From positions 165,106,001 through 165,170,000 of the forward strand of contig OZ024743.1 in NCBI GenBank assembly GCA_964016885.1: a DNA stretch of 64,000 nt, written 5' to 3'. A model generated the notes under the pieces. That model did not search any database. It was not told where the DNA came from and was given only the letters and a program-made list of their open reading frames with translations. The stretch comes from Eledone cirrhosa. Lineage: Eukaryota. Below, piece after piece: positions 32,858-46,466 of the stretch. Position numbers and translations under genes: made by a program. Each line of letters begins with the position of its first letter. Position 1 is the first letter of the stretch.

Positions 32858-34708
32858 TCTAATGATCCACTACATATAGCTATTGTAGTCTAATGATCCA
32901 CTACATATAGCTATTGTAGTCTAATGATCCACTACATATAGCTATTTTAGATTAATGATCAACTACATATAGCTATTGCAGAGGTGGGGAACCTTTTTAC
33001 CATTAGAGGCCACATTTAAATTAGGCAGTAATAAAGGAGGCCGTATAAGTTGATATACCTATAAATGCGACTTTTGTGAAATTATTATAGTTTTTGTATA
33101 GTTTTATAGTCATTTATTATTTAACATAAAAAGTTACAATATAAAATATTTTTGTATTACATAATTATAAAGAAATACAATAGAAAAATAATAATATTAA
33201 GTTAAAAAAAATAACATAGCAACAATACGTAAAATAATTTTAAAATCCGATGGAAAATTCAAGTTAGTGGGATTTGTTTCTTGCTTGAAAGTAATTGAAT
33301 ATTTGGATCAAACTTCGTAACGCGCAGCCTTAATTGATCCTCTAAATGAGCATCTGTGGTTTGCATTCTTAAAGTAGTTTTAATTTTTGTCATGAGAGAA
33401 AATGCTGACTCGCAGCAGTAAGTACTTCCAAAGCAGGAAAGTAAACGGCATGCATGCTCTCGTAGGCGTGGATATTCAACAGCATTTGACCAGATTTCTA
33501 TGGGATACTTTTTAGCGTCAAAAAGGGATTTGAAGATACTATCTTCCCCCAACTCAAATAACTCAACTTGTAGTTCCGTAGGAGCCTCGGATATATCTAC
33601 TAAATGTGGTTCAAATACCAGTTTCATAGCAGGTGTGTGTTCATCAAAATCTGAAAATCTTTCAGTATATTCTTCTTTTAAAGAATCCAAGACACCTCCA
33701 TATTCATCGAATATTTTATTTTCACATTTCTGCTCCGGGAAGTGTTCTGCAGATATATCCGAGCGAGAGAGTAATGTTTTGAAAAATGTAAATTTTTTTC
33801 GAAACGCTTGGATCTTTTGCCCCATTTCATATATATGCTTCGTTTTACCTTGCAGGCAAATATTTAAATTGTTTTGTTTTGTCATGATATCAGATAAAAA
33901 TGGAATGTTTCTGCAAAATACTTCATCTGATAGATCACAAACTTTTCCTTGTTCTTGATAAAAGTTTAAAATTTTTTTACACATGGCCAATTATACGTTA
34001 CTTTATCAAGGACATAAAATGGACCATCATCTATTATAACTATGTCTAGAAAAGTACGAAACGTAGTCTATCATTCTGTTTTTCAAAATTCATAATTTTT
34101 CATATTTTACATTTATATAATACTATATGTGTGTACTTTTAATTTTGATACAATAAATTGGTCTTTAATTGGTTAATTTAACCAATCAATATCTATTTGA
34201 TTTTTAACATATTTTTTATTCATCACGCACAAAGAACGGGTAACTTACTTGTTAATTAAAACAATAATAACTAGATTTTCACAATGGTCGGTAGCAATAC
34301 GAGACGAGACTGTCACAAGCACGTTACAAGATTGACAAATGATAAGTCGCAAGCATCTTTTTTTAGAACAGCCAATTGTAGAACGCCACCTGGCATTCTA
34401 CAATTGGCTATTACTTCCAGTAGTCACTGAAACTTACATTCATACCGATCTTATTTAATTCCATTAATTTTGAAATTGTCGTAATCTAAATGATAAATTA
34501 TTAATTAATACAAGAGCTAGCTCTAATGAAGGCCGCAGGTTCCCCTCCACTGAGCTATTGTAATCTAATGATCCACTACATATAGCTTCTAGTCTGATTT
34601 ACTACATATAGCTATTGTAGTCTAATGATCCACTACAAATAAATTGTAGTCTAACGATCTACTACATACAGCTTGTAGTCTAATGATCCACTACCTTAGC
34701 TATTCTAG
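32858..34708. repeat. 31-bp minisatellite (about 9 units) interrupted by a hAT element
   Basis: TCTAATGATCCACTACATATAGCTATTGTAG units at 32858-32978 and 34553-34708. Confidence 0.9.
32979..34552 (-). mobile_element. hAT (Buster/Charlie, GTF2IRD2-like) DNA transposon, internally deleted
   Basis: TIRs CAGAGGTGGGGAACCT and AGGTTCCCCTCCACTG, 8-bp TSD AGCTATTG with central TA. ORF 33259-33990 has FGSTYCCESAFSLM...DAHLEDQLRL (dimerization domain). Confidence 0.93.
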
Positions 34709-35469
34709 CTGCTAACAATTATTTAACCCTTTTTAAGACGATTGTGGAACACAACACTCTTTTTGACCATCATCATCATCATCATCATCACCATTTAACG
34801 TCCATTTTTCTTGGTTAGACGAGTTGTCCCATTGTGAGAGAAGCCAAGTCATATGACCATGTCTTGCTCATACAGAACTGATTTTGTCTTGGTGTCTACT
34901 ACTGGATGCCAACCACATTTACAGTGTGTACTGGGTGCTTTTTGTCGTGACACCTTCATGACCACTTATAGTATGGGCTGGGCACTTTTTGTCATATAAA
35001 TATTGAAACTTAATTGAATGCATAATTAATTAAGGAAGAATTGGAGGGGAGTTGCATTTACTAAAACTACTAATTATTTTTTAAAATTTATTAAAATAGT
35101 ATTTGTAACATACATAACTTAACAAAAGATTTTTATTTAAAATTCTGTTGGAAGGTTTTAATATAAATAAAATTGGTGGTTTTGTTTCATAGACCAGAGC
35201 TGTTTTGTGGCCAAATTGGTATCAAAAGAGTTAAAAGCCCCATATTCTTACATGTTGTATGAGGCAACTAAAAAGGTTGGTGCTAGGAAGGGCTGTTAAA
35301 CATAGCCTTAAAAAGAATCCTATGATAAGTATGAAGTCTATCATGTAACCTGCAAAGCTAACCCCTGTCTTAAAACAATTGATAGTGTCATTGAGGGTGT
35401 ATTAAATGCCTTACATTTAAAAAGGGATAAAATATGCTGACTTATCAAAACAAAAAACAATGGAGCTAC

Positions 35470-35606
35470 CTTTTGCTAATTATCTTCTGTGAATTAAGAA
35501 GTTTCTTTAATTCCACCATAGTGTAATGATTTCCATCTTCAAAACTTTGCAGTTTCAATTCAAAATCTGCTGAGCTCGAAGACATTTCCTCTTTCATAAC
35601 AGCAAT
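35470..35606 (-). CDS. SCLT1: SCLT1-like exon (IAVMKEEMSSSSADFELKLQSFEDGNHYTMVELKKLLNSQKIISK)
   Basis: tttgacag acceptor and AG|gtagct donor, phase 0-2. Resembles SCLT1 ISTMEHEFSIKERGFEVQLREMEDSNRNSIVELRHLL. Confidence 0.9.
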
Positions 35607-36948
35607 CTGTCAAATATATAACTTATTATTATTATCTTAAGCAAAACTCAAAGCTGGAAAATATATAAACTTACTCTGAAGCTGTTGCTCTGCATCACAA
35701 TAATCATTCTCCTCATCCAACATATCATTATTACCATATTTCTAATGAAATACACTGTGTATGATTTTCAAATTATTTTTAAAATAATCAAAAATTTGAA
35801 GGGATTTGGTAATATAACTGTTTCATTACCAAGTTGGTGTTTAAAGCATAACTTAACAAACATTCTTACATAAAATTATGATGGAAGGTTTTTAGATAAA
35901 TATAAACATTTATTACAAACAGCATGGTATGTTAGAACCAGAAGCAATCTCAAGCAGTTTGATATCAAAATGGTGAAACTACTAGGCTACCCTGTTTTTA
36001 TCTTGATCGCTGAAGTCTTTGGGTGTTTTGAAAACATTCAGACAGGGTCTCCAATGTGGGGATAAGTTAGAAATCATGGTTTCTTTTTTATTTTATCCCC
36101 TGTAATCAGACTGGCCCTGCAAAAATGTAAGAGGCACTGCCATTCCTCCTTTGACTAAATGAGAAAAAGAAAGTCTCTGAAACTATTAAAACTAAGAAGT
36201 CCAATTTTTAATTTCTTTAGCACAAAAAATAAAAAAGAATATGAATTATCTCTAGTAATATTTCCCAAAGTAAGGAACCTCAGGGTTCTATGAGCTAAGG
36301 TGTCATTTATTAAAATGTATTGCTTTTTTTATGAATAACCTCTCTCTAAAATAATTAATGTCGCATTAAAATTAGAGTGGTGGAGATTGTCCATAATATA
36401 TAGTTGTCATTTTTGGAAAACCATATGAGGGTTCCATGACAATATAAGTTTAGGTGAATATTGAGATTGAAATGTGGTTGTAATATAACTATTTCATACT
36501 ACTTGACTCATTAATGCCCTTCACTAAAAGCTTGAATACACAATTTCATCATTCCTTCTATAAATCTCAGGTTTTCTGCCTACATAGGAAATTCAATATT
36601 TCATCAGTGAAGGCACATGGCCCAGTGGTCAGAGTATTGGGGTTGATTCCTTTACATGTATTTTGAGCATGATGCTTTATTTCACATTGCTTTTCATAAT
36701 ATGACTGGGGCTCCTTATCATGGAAATACACAAGAAACTCCTATCATATGAAACCTTATAAGAGGCCAGCTAACCTACATAGGTGTAAGCTGTAACAACA
36801 TACATAATAGGACTGGGGCCCCCTATCATTAAAACACCCAAGAAACCTCCTACAAGATGCAACATCATAGAATTCAGCTAAACTTTTATAAGTGGAAGCA
36901 GTGAATTTAATTTCATTTCAATATCTCACCACAAAGCCTTTTACTAAC

Positions 36949-37141
36949 CTTTTTGCGCATGTTGCGCTGTATTTCATCACGTTCATTGTTTGCCTGTAAG
37001 ACATTTGCTTTCAGTTCATTGATTTCCTGAATCAGTTGAAGTTTACTTTCTGACAGTCGGTTGTTGTCACTGTTCAGTGAAGACACTTGATCTTTTAGTT
37101 GATCATTTTCTTTTGTTATTAAGTCTATTTTCTGGTTCAGA
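36949..37141 (-). CDS. SCLT1: SCLT1-like exon (N-LNQKIDLITKENDQLKDQV...RDEIQRNMRKK)
   Basis: gtttcag acceptor and AAG|gttagt donor, phase 2-0, matching the 51049 donor. Heptad pattern. Confidence 0.88.
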
Positions 37142-37429
37142 CTGAAACACAAATACAGGCCACACTTTCAGTTATAGCTACTGTGAAATCCATAATGCAC
37201 TCATACATATAATATGGTTTCTAATTTAGGTACAAGGCAAGTATTTGTGAGGAAGGGAAAGTTGATTAATTTGTGTTTTATTGTGGCACTAACATTACCA
37301 CTTTACAGAGTACTGGGTGCATTTTTTTCAAGGCACTAGTACTACTACTTTACAGAATGTATTGGGTGTATTTTATTATAGCACGAGCATTATCTCTTTA
37401 CAGTGCTCTGGGTATATTTCCATATTACA

Positions 37430-37705
37430 TCTAAACCGCTTTGTGACTCTGGTCAGTGTGTACGATGAAAAGCTAGCTTTCTACATGTCTTTGAAAGAGG
37501 TCATCCATAGTATACATTATGCAGACAAAATTGTTTTCCTTGGCGATTTTAATGCATATGTTGGTAATGACTGGGAAACTTGGAGTGTGATGGGCAAGCA
37601 TGGAGTGGGAAAGTGCAATAACAATGGCCTACTTCTGTTGCAGATGTGTGCTGAAATGGATCTTGTTATTGGAAACACATTCTTTCAGCAAAAAGACAAG
37701 TATGG
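37430..37705 (+). mobile_element. APE endonuclease fragment of another RTE-like LINE
   Basis: VFLGDFNAYVG...GKCNNNGLLLLQMCAEMDLVIGNTFFQQK. Confidence 0.75.
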
Positions 37706-40103
37706 TTATGGTGTGACCTACCGACCCAGATGCCTTCAGCATCTCGGCAGCTATACCCGATGGACCGGTTGCTTTCCCTGACTTCATATCTTTGATTGCC
37801 TTACTTACTACGCTGCTGTCCTGGCTCCTCTATAGGGTCCACTTGGGGTAGGGTCTCTTTTTCCCATGCATTCTCCTCATTTAGTAATCTATCATAATGG
37901 CTCTTCCACACATCTTTCTTCTCGGCACTTGTGAGGGCAAGCTTATCTTTATCATTCCGGATACACCTCTCTGACACACTGCCTCGCAATCTTGAACACC
38001 TCCTGTTTCTGGTCCTCACGTTGCAAAACATGCTTGAATTTTCTATCCTCTGCTTCCTTCCTAGCTAAGTATACTTGTCGCCTAGCTTCCCTCTTGGTCT
38101 CTATGTAATGTACCCTGCTTCCCCAATTCTTCCATTCTTTCCATGCATGTCTCTTGGCCTTAACTGCCTCATCTACCTTATTGTTCCACCACCAAGTCAC
38201 TCTCCTCCTGCCTGTGGTCTTACTCCAACCACAGATCTCATCCATCGCCTTTAGTAAGTTAATTTTTAGGAACTCCCAGTGCTCTTCTACATTGAATGTC
38301 TCTATCTGTTCTTCTTTACTGTAATAGGCGTTGAGTAGAATATCTTTAAATCTGTTACTGGCTGAGGGGTCTTTCAGCTTTCAGATCTTTCGTCTCCAGG
38401 TTGCCTTCTGTTTCCAAGTTCATCTAGTTCTGACAATGAGGTCCTGACAACTAAATTATGTTGGGAGGTACATTCCTTACCAGGGTAGGCTTTTGTGTTT
38501 ACAACCGCCCATCTATCATATCCTCTGATGAGGATAAAATCTATCTGACTAGAATGCTCCCCTGATCTATAGGTGATCAGATGGTTGTTGGGTTTTTTGA
38601 AGTTTGTGTTACATATCGACATGTCATTGGCGTCGCAGAATTCTAGAAGTCTGAAGCCTTCTTCATTTCTTGTGCCAAACCCATGGCCTCCATGCACTCT
38701 ATAGAAGCCATCACGGTGTTTACCGTGTCCGTTAAAATCTCCTGCAATGATTAGGAAGTCATTGTTGTTTGTTAGAGCAGTAGTGTGCATTAGGGACTCG
38801 TAAAACCTATCCATAAGTTCGTCTGGCAACCCCGATTGGGGGTGCGTAAGCTGATATTTTTGTGGCAATTGTTTTATTCAGGACTAGTCTGAGTTTACTG
38901 ATTCTTGCGTTCACCCTGTTCACTGTGATTACCTTATCTACCCATTTGTCAGCTAATAGTATACCTACACTACCCATCCCATTGTCATTTCCCACTCAGA
39001 AAAATTTGTGGCACTGACTTTTGCCTACAAGGACTCTAGCGGACTCTCCTCTCCATCTAGTCTCTTGCACACAGCATACATCAATTTCCTTTCGCTCTAG
39101 CATCTCTACAATTTCTCCTGCTCTTCCTTTCATTGTGCTTACATTGATGGTTCCAACTCGGAGTTTGGGGCATTTGCCAACATTTGTGGGAAATGGTGAA
39201 TTTTTGTGGGGGTGTGTGTATGCTTCCTGTCTCTGAATTGAAGCTTCGCATGGGTGCTTGGTAACTTGCGGATTCATATTAATTTATTAATTCAGGGTTG
39301 CTCCATTTATCCTCAGCTCATCCATACATAACAGTAAAAGAATTCAGGGCTAGCAGGACAGTAGTAGTAATAATGGCAGGGTTTGTTGGGACTGGTAAGG
39401 GCTAGAAGAAAAGCAGTAGTAATAGTAGTAATGGCAGAGTTTGTTGGGGTTGGTAATGGGTGAGGGACATGTTGCTGACGTTTGATTGGTCGAATATACT
39501 ATGGTGGTGTGAGGGGGTGGGCGGGACGAAAATTGTGAGATAGGCAGCCATTATAGCTTATAGCATCCCAGGAGATTTGGGTGAAATAATCCGATTCAAC
39601 TACGCATATTAGACAAGGCGAATATGCAAGGATTTCGAAGATGTTCATCTAGCTTCGTAAACCTCGAAAAGAGAGAGGAAGGTAGGTAATGGCTAAGGGA
39701 TAGATGACGTATAAATGCGTTGCGAAGGCAAGCGAAATGATAAATAGCAACAATAATAATGTGAGCGGAACATTTGCAATTGGGGAAGAGAGATACCTAG
39801 AAATAATGTATGTATGGGTGTCTGGGATATAGTTTGGGAGTTTTAGTAATCCATTTTAGTCTTTTAGAAATCAAGTCTCTGTCTGACTTTGTAAAAACCT
39901 CAAAATGAATGACGAATGAATGGAAGAGAGAAGGGAGGCAATGGCTAAGGGATAGATGATTTTCGTAGAGTCATAATAGGTAGCCATATTGGCTTATAAC
40001 AACGTGGGAAAAACTGGGGGGAAAGTATATATGCGTTGTGAAGTCAAGCGAAATGATAAATAGCAACAATAATAATGTGAGAGGTACATTTGCAATTGGG
40101 GAA
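37706..40103 (-). mobile_element. RTE LINE 5' half (probable 5' UTR, APE, linker); RT and 3' end missing
   Basis: LRVGTINVSTMKGR...VCCVQETRW, IAGDFNGH, SQIDFILIR, TWWWNNKVDEAV, with several frameshifts. The UTR extent is approximate and contains a duplicated segment (about 39672-39787 and 39927-40103). Confidence 0.85.
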
Positions 40104-40115
40104 TATATATATATA

Positions 40116-40729
40116 TAGTGAACCCCTGGCATTTGCAATCCTGACATTTGCGGTCCATTTCCTTAGAACCTAACTAATAAGTGTTTGTGGAAACCCCCGC
40201 ATATTCGCGGAATTGTAAATATCTTCTGCGATTTTTTTAATGACTTTTTTCGTGGCAATATATATAGTTTTTTATAGTACCAGTAATACACTGGGTAATT
40301 ACTGGCCTTGTGCAAAAAAGTAGAAACAAATATATATATTTTTTAATGCTAATTTATTAATAATTGTTTCTACTTTAGGCACAAGGCCAGCAATTACCCA
40401 GTGCATTACTGGTACTTTATTTTATCGACCCCGTAAGGATGAAAGGCAAAGTCAACCTCGGCCGGATTTGAACTCAGACCGCAAAGGGACGTAACTATGC
40501 TGGAAAGCATGGCGTCCGACCCTCTACTGATACTGCCAATCCACCGCCCTAATTTATTAATAATGATATACTGTATTTGCTGGCCAATCGGACGCCCCTT
40601 TGCATATTATATTATTATTATATTTTACCGTTTATAGGCATGTTTATGGACTATGTTCAATATTTGTGGTTTTTCACTCCTCACGGGTACTCTAGGAACA
40701 TAACCCACGTGAATACCGGGGCATAACTG
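40116..40729. mobile_element. Tc1/mariner (pogo/Tigger-like) MITE with nested SINEs
   Basis: Degenerate TIRs TAGTGAACCCCTGGCATTTGC and GTGAATACCGGGGCATAACTG in TA/TG runs. Confidence 0.55.
40365..40548 (-). mobile_element. Full-length tRNA-derived SINE with GCCTTTCATCCTTACGGGGTCGATAAAATAAAGTACC core (Meta-domain-like)
   Basis: A and B boxes (GATTGGCAGTATCAGT, GAGTTCAAATCC) and a 16-bp TSD CTAATTTATTAATAAT (40349-40364 and 40549-40564). Confidence 0.9.
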
Positions 40730-40761
40730 TGTGTGTGTATGTATGTATATATATATATATA

Positions 40762-43700
40762 TTAGCAGAGGTACCTGTCAGGGTATTTTATAAAGGTTAC
40801 AATATAGTTTGGCACATATACAAAATATTTGACCAATGAAATATGATTGGTGTATTTTAACTTAATTAGGAATTATAACAGAATATTCATTGCCACTTGT
40901 TCAAAGCAAATTATCTAGATACAAATTATTAGTTTTGTCCAGTAGTGTTGTATTGAATACTACTCCCTATTACAGTCAACATATTTAATGCATCACACCT
41001 AGATGAATCATTAAGAATGTTGTTAGTGAAAAGGGTATGACCCCAAAATACATTTGGATTTTTAAAATTTTTTTGCACAATCAGAACTTTTGAAATTCAA
41101 CATGTAAAGGTTGGTTTGACAACCATAAATAAAATAAATTGAAATTTATAAATGAATGAAGCATTTACTTACTCATTTCTGTAATTCAGGAAAGTGTATT
41201 TTACACTGTAGCTTTCACTCACCTTTGCCTCTATGGCAGTAGGATTGTGTTTGAGAGAGATTTGTTTTCTATTTCTATTAGGTATACCAACAGTTATAGT
41301 GGCTCCCATGACATAAATACATACATACCTTTGTGTGTGTGAAAGGCAGTTAGCTATGATTTGAAATGGATTTTGCTAATATTTCTAGTAGATCGAGGTA
41401 TCACATAGAGCCTTTTCTTTTTGCTTCATACATGATCTCACTAATACTACTTTATACAGCAGAAGTACCCAGGAATGCCTGCATATTCTTCCAAAGTAAC
41501 ATTATGCAGTAAAGTTGCAACTTCAGAATTCCTTACAAATTATATGACTAAGGAATTAGTATCTGTGTGTATTGTCACTGAATAAGGAATTACAATATTG
41601 CTCATTCCAAAGCCTCTGGATAAACAATATTCTTGGTTTTGCCCTGTGGTGCTACAATGAAGATACAATCAGGGTTTCCAACCTTTGTAGTACTGGCATA
41701 GAGCTGAGCATGTGAAAAGACAGGATCTGCCAGGTTCAACCCAACGATTTTCAATGATTGCCCTCAACATTTATTGATGGTCATGGCAAAACTGAGTCTG
41801 ATAGGAAATTGAAGCCTTTGAAATTCAAATAGCAAATCAGTTGCCTTCAGAGTTATTCTGGGAATGAAACAATTGTCGCCAGCAAATTTTCCTGACAGTG
41901 ATTGCAACTTCTAGGACATTGGGCATCATATTTTTAATGATGAGACTTGTGCCATTGCAAAGTTTTGGAGGATCCAGATTATAAAGTAACATAACCAATG
42001 ATCCAAGCTATCAAAACTGTTCAAAAATTCAATTGGATAGTTTACAACCTGGTCTTGGGAAGTGGTTGTGTCAACTGGTTTGTAGTATCTTTTCTCTCCC
42101 GGTAACATGTCCAGCAGCCTTCTGTTGATTTCTTTCACATCAACATTTTTCGATGCTAAGATTGCTCATTTGCAGAGACATTTGGGATCACATTGTCTGA
42201 TCTGAATGTTTGGAAACACTCAGGCAATCAGTTCTTGTTCTGTTTCAATGATATGGCCAAATGACAACTGAATCTGATTATTGGTGTCCTTTTCAAGTAG
42301 CCCATTTCCCAATTTAGTTGGATGGCAAACTCACTGACACCTTCATCACCAGTGCACTTGCACATTGGTTGTAATGCTCAGCCACTGAAAATGAGGTCAG
42401 AGACAGGATGTTTTCAGATAGGCATTGACCTGATTAGCTTAGGTCCCTCAGGAAATTATGGGCTGAGTCTGTCTGAAATCACCAGCAAGAACCACTGCAA
42501 GTGTTTTCTCTCAGATCCCTTATTGTCCGGTCCAAAGCTGCAATTGCTTGTTTGTGGCTCATGGTGGCTATATTCCAAATTATCATCTTGCATGTTTGCA
42601 GGAGCTTGCCTTGGGTGAGTTCTTGATGTCGCAAAAATATTGATCCTGTTGTGTAAGGTCTATAGGCAGCTTAAAAGTGGAGTGTACTGTTCTTCCTTCA
42701 TCAAGAGGTGTTGCTGCAATGCCACCTGAAGCCATGACAAAGGCAATATATTGCTTTTGGTGAACTTTTGCAAGCAGGATGTTTATGAGGATTGTCTTAC
42801 TTGTGCCAGTAGGAGCATCGATGAAGAAAAGTCCTCCCCTGTCATTTTGAATGTTTTCCATGATACTGTGGTAGGTGTATTTCTGGTCATCCACCAATCA
42901 AGGTTCATTTTCATCTACAAACTTATGCAAGGCTTGAATATCATAGTTTGTCTCTTGAAAAACTTCTTGTGCTACCTCCATTTCTTCAATTAGCTCTGGC
43001 ATCCCGCAGTTAGATAATATGCTTATCATTGCCTGAACTCGATGGGACAGGACGCAGAGAATTTGATTGTAAATCCTGGGTGAACATTCCATATACATAT
43101 TGCCATGTTGTCTTTGGGCTAAGTGTAGATAGTTGTCAGACATATTGATTTTGTATTCCTGCCAGAGTAGATGAGCTTTATCAATTCCACATGCTATGAG
43201 TATAGTAGGAAGCAACTGTCTTATTTGACTGGTTACTCGAGTGACTGCTGCTGCTTTTAGATTCTTCTTCCAATGTCCATTGTCATGCAGGAGTCCATGC
43301 TATTTAGATGCTTCTTGGTATGTTGTGCACACTCTTCCTCCGAAGCACCGAGATCTTCAAATGACGTTGGTCCTTTAACACTATGTAGAAGTAGCCATAA
43401 ATAAAAACAATCTCTGTTGTTGGTGTGGTCATTATAAACATGCCCAATAGCATTACTTGCATTGACTTCATGACTTTCCACTAAATGACCCTGCCTCTTT
43501 TGATTCCAGGTCTTACAATTGGTCCAGGTGTAGTATGTTGGGAGTCAACATATAAGAGGGATCAAACAAATTCATCATTCTGGCAGAGTTTTAAAAAAGC
43601 AGTTAGAGAAGTGTCAGGTGGTGCTTGTGCCAAGTGATGAGCAGTGGTCTCAGTGAAGTACACTCTCTGTCCATTTTCTAGATGGACTGCGAAGTTGACG

Positions 43701-46466
43701 ACTGTTGGATGGCATTGGTGGATATCAAATCCAAAGATCTGCCAGATAACTTCATTGTTGGAGATGTATCAACCTGTCTGATACTGTTTGACCTCATCCA
43801 GCCCACCATCATTGAGTTCCTTGTCACTGCCCTTGTTGATATATTTTGTGACATATAGGATTGCCTTGACAGAGCTGCAATACTCAACATTGATATGAGC
43901 TTTTAGAGATTTACACAACAATTTGTTGTGTGGGACTATCCACTGATTGTCTATGGTCAACTCCTCTCCTCCAATTGTTAGGCTTGCAGTATAGTCTCCA
44001 TGTTCTGGACTACACTTATGATAAATGGGGTATCCATTATTGTCAGTCTGAGTTTCCCGAATAAAGGTTCTAGGATAATGTTTGCTGCATTTTTGATCTT
44101 TCATGCAGGGAGAGGCTGGATTGATGACTTCACATGGACCATGAATAAATTTGGACTTGATGGTTTCAAACAGCTCTGGATCACCACCTTTATCAGGCAA
44201 CTCTGCTGAAATGATCTTATCAACATCATCTGGTCTTATCTTCTCCTTGCACCAGATTAGTGTGTGAGAGTGAGGAAGACCTCTCTTCTGCCACTCAATA
44301 GTGGTCATCCAAGCACTAAGTTCACCAAAGAATCTTCCTTCTTTTAGGAGCCAGAGGAGTGTGTTTTGCTTTTCATGGAAAACCCAACCTATGAGGTCAT
44401 GTCGATCCTTTGATTTTTGATTTTGAAATAATTCATTTGATATTTCTGTCCAATTTGAAGAGATTCTGCCAACCAAATTTACTGACATAGGCCATTGTAT
44501 CCTGCATACGTTCATGCATTTAACGTGGTCCTCTCGTAAAGCTTGATGACAGTATGACTATCTGGCCAATATTTCTTGGGTCAACATCAGAATTGATGGC
44601 ATCACTAAGTTGGATGTAGTTATCTGCCCTCAACTTACTTTGATTCCCTCACAGGAAACCCAATCTGTTTCAATTTTGGCATACATGTCCACCATGAACT
44701 GGCTGGTTACTTCTTTGAATCGCAGAACTTGGTTGAAGTGATCTCGTACCATGAAATGATAATCATAGAATTCTTTGCAGCTGATTGATCGGCCAGTCTC
44801 TTGTCCCGTTCCTGGGCTGATCTGCCGTAGCTGAAAATGATATCCATCTTGACCATTCCAAAAGATGAGCGGATATTGGAGTGAATCATAAGCTCTATGA
44901 GTTTCACATATTCACTCTAAATGTCCACTTCATTTTTACAAAACAATGTCACGTCGTTCATGCTGTTCATCAACCATTATGATTGCAACTTCATCAGTGA
45001 CAGGTGCATTGAATCTGCATTCATGTTCTAAAGCTGGGCATTTGTCTGCTCTGATGATGATGATTTTACAATCCCTGCTGTTGTTCATATGCTCTAGTGC
45101 ATATTTAAATGTACTGACGTATATGTGATGTTGGTGAAGCACTTCTTATAACTTCATGACTATGTAGAACTGCAATCCACCATGGACATTGGTACATCTC
45201 TGTTGTGCCTCTGTTTCATTTCCACCCATGAAGTAAACCTGCACAAATGACAGAAGGCCACCCATTAAGTGGAAGCACTATTCCTGAATTTTTAAAGTTG
45301 TCTAGAATCTAAAGTCGGTCACATTCCTGTCAGTTCCAAAAGATGTTATTTGAAAGGCAGAATTATGTTTTAGGGTGTATTTATTGAAGTGTCGTGCTTC
45401 CGGTGTATGCTGGTGGAGCAAATTCTTCAGAAATTCAGGAGGCTCTTTTATTGTTTTAAGGTTGATTTTGCCTTTTGAGCAGCATAGACTTGGTGTTTCT
45501 GCTGCCCACTTCTTGGCACTACAATGCTAGCAGCATTTGTTCATTTTTCCAATGTTGATTTGTGGATTGCTGCTGTAGTCCTTTTGGGGGTTGTAAGAAA
45601 AGGCACCAATCAGCCAGTTCATTTTCAGTATTTCTTCTAATTTGCTGCTGTTCCTCAATTTGTTGTTTTTGTGAAGCAGCAGTCCTTTGTCAAATTTCAT
45701 CCAAATGGTACTGTCTGTCCACTACTAATTCCTGTATTCATACTAAAGCTGTTTGGGCTCTGTTAGCAGCTAGATGGGCTTGTCGAGCTTCTTCACTTTC
45801 TTCAGATCACTGTTCTTTCTAGCTCTTGGCCACATATGTTGATGTCCCAGGGTTTTGTTTGTAATGCATATATCATCTGCTTACGTTGAGTTTAGAGAGA
45901 GGAAAAGTTGAAGAATGCCGACACACACATATGTCTGTCTCTAACTTAAGAACGCAGACACAGACAAATACACACATATACATAAATATATATATATGTC
46001 TCTAAATTAAGAACGCCGACATACACATGCACACGCACACAGTCCCATTACCACTTGAGAGAGAAGTAATGTTAGCCAAAGAAGAAAGGGGAGAGTTAAG
46101 ATGTGAGTAAAGAATAAATAATAAAAATTAGACCTCAGTTTGTTTCCCTTCCCATCCCAAATTTATTGAACGCAGCTCAATCACATTTTTTTTTTCTTTA
46201 TTTTTCTCCACCAATCCCCCTCACTCTCTCGTCATGTCTCTCTTCTTTCTTTCTCTTTTTCTCTCATCCCCCTCACTCTCTCTCTTCTCTACAGAATGGA
46301 GAAACAAATCAAAATGGATGACTTCTTTCGATATTCATAAGGAAATATTTACAATTGAATTTAAATGAATTCCTTGCTTCGTATAGCAAAAATATTGTTA
46401 CCATAACTAGTTTTTGTGTTTTAGGAATACACACAGAATCGAAAACTTGCATTTATATATATAGGA
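40762..46466 (-). mobile_element. Degenerate Helitron (Rep plus PIF1-like helicase)
   Basis: 5' TCCTATATATATAAA at 46466. Rep motifs EWQKRGLPHSHTLIW and KAILYVTKYINKG; helicase FFIDAPTGTSKT and QFPIRLSFAMTINK; hairpin plus CTAA(T) end at 40762. Many stops and frameshifts. Confidence 0.9.

Noticed and set aside
33259-33990. 243-aa ORF as a domesticated GTF2IRD2/ZBED-type gene
   Set aside because: It covers only the C-terminal part of the transposase and lies between intact TIRs and a TSD, so it is an internally deleted transposon.
32858-34708. 31-bp repeats as a CRISPR array
   Set aside because: The units are head-to-tail with no unique spacers, there are no cas genes, and the context is a eukaryotic intron. 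It is a minisatellite split by a hAT element.
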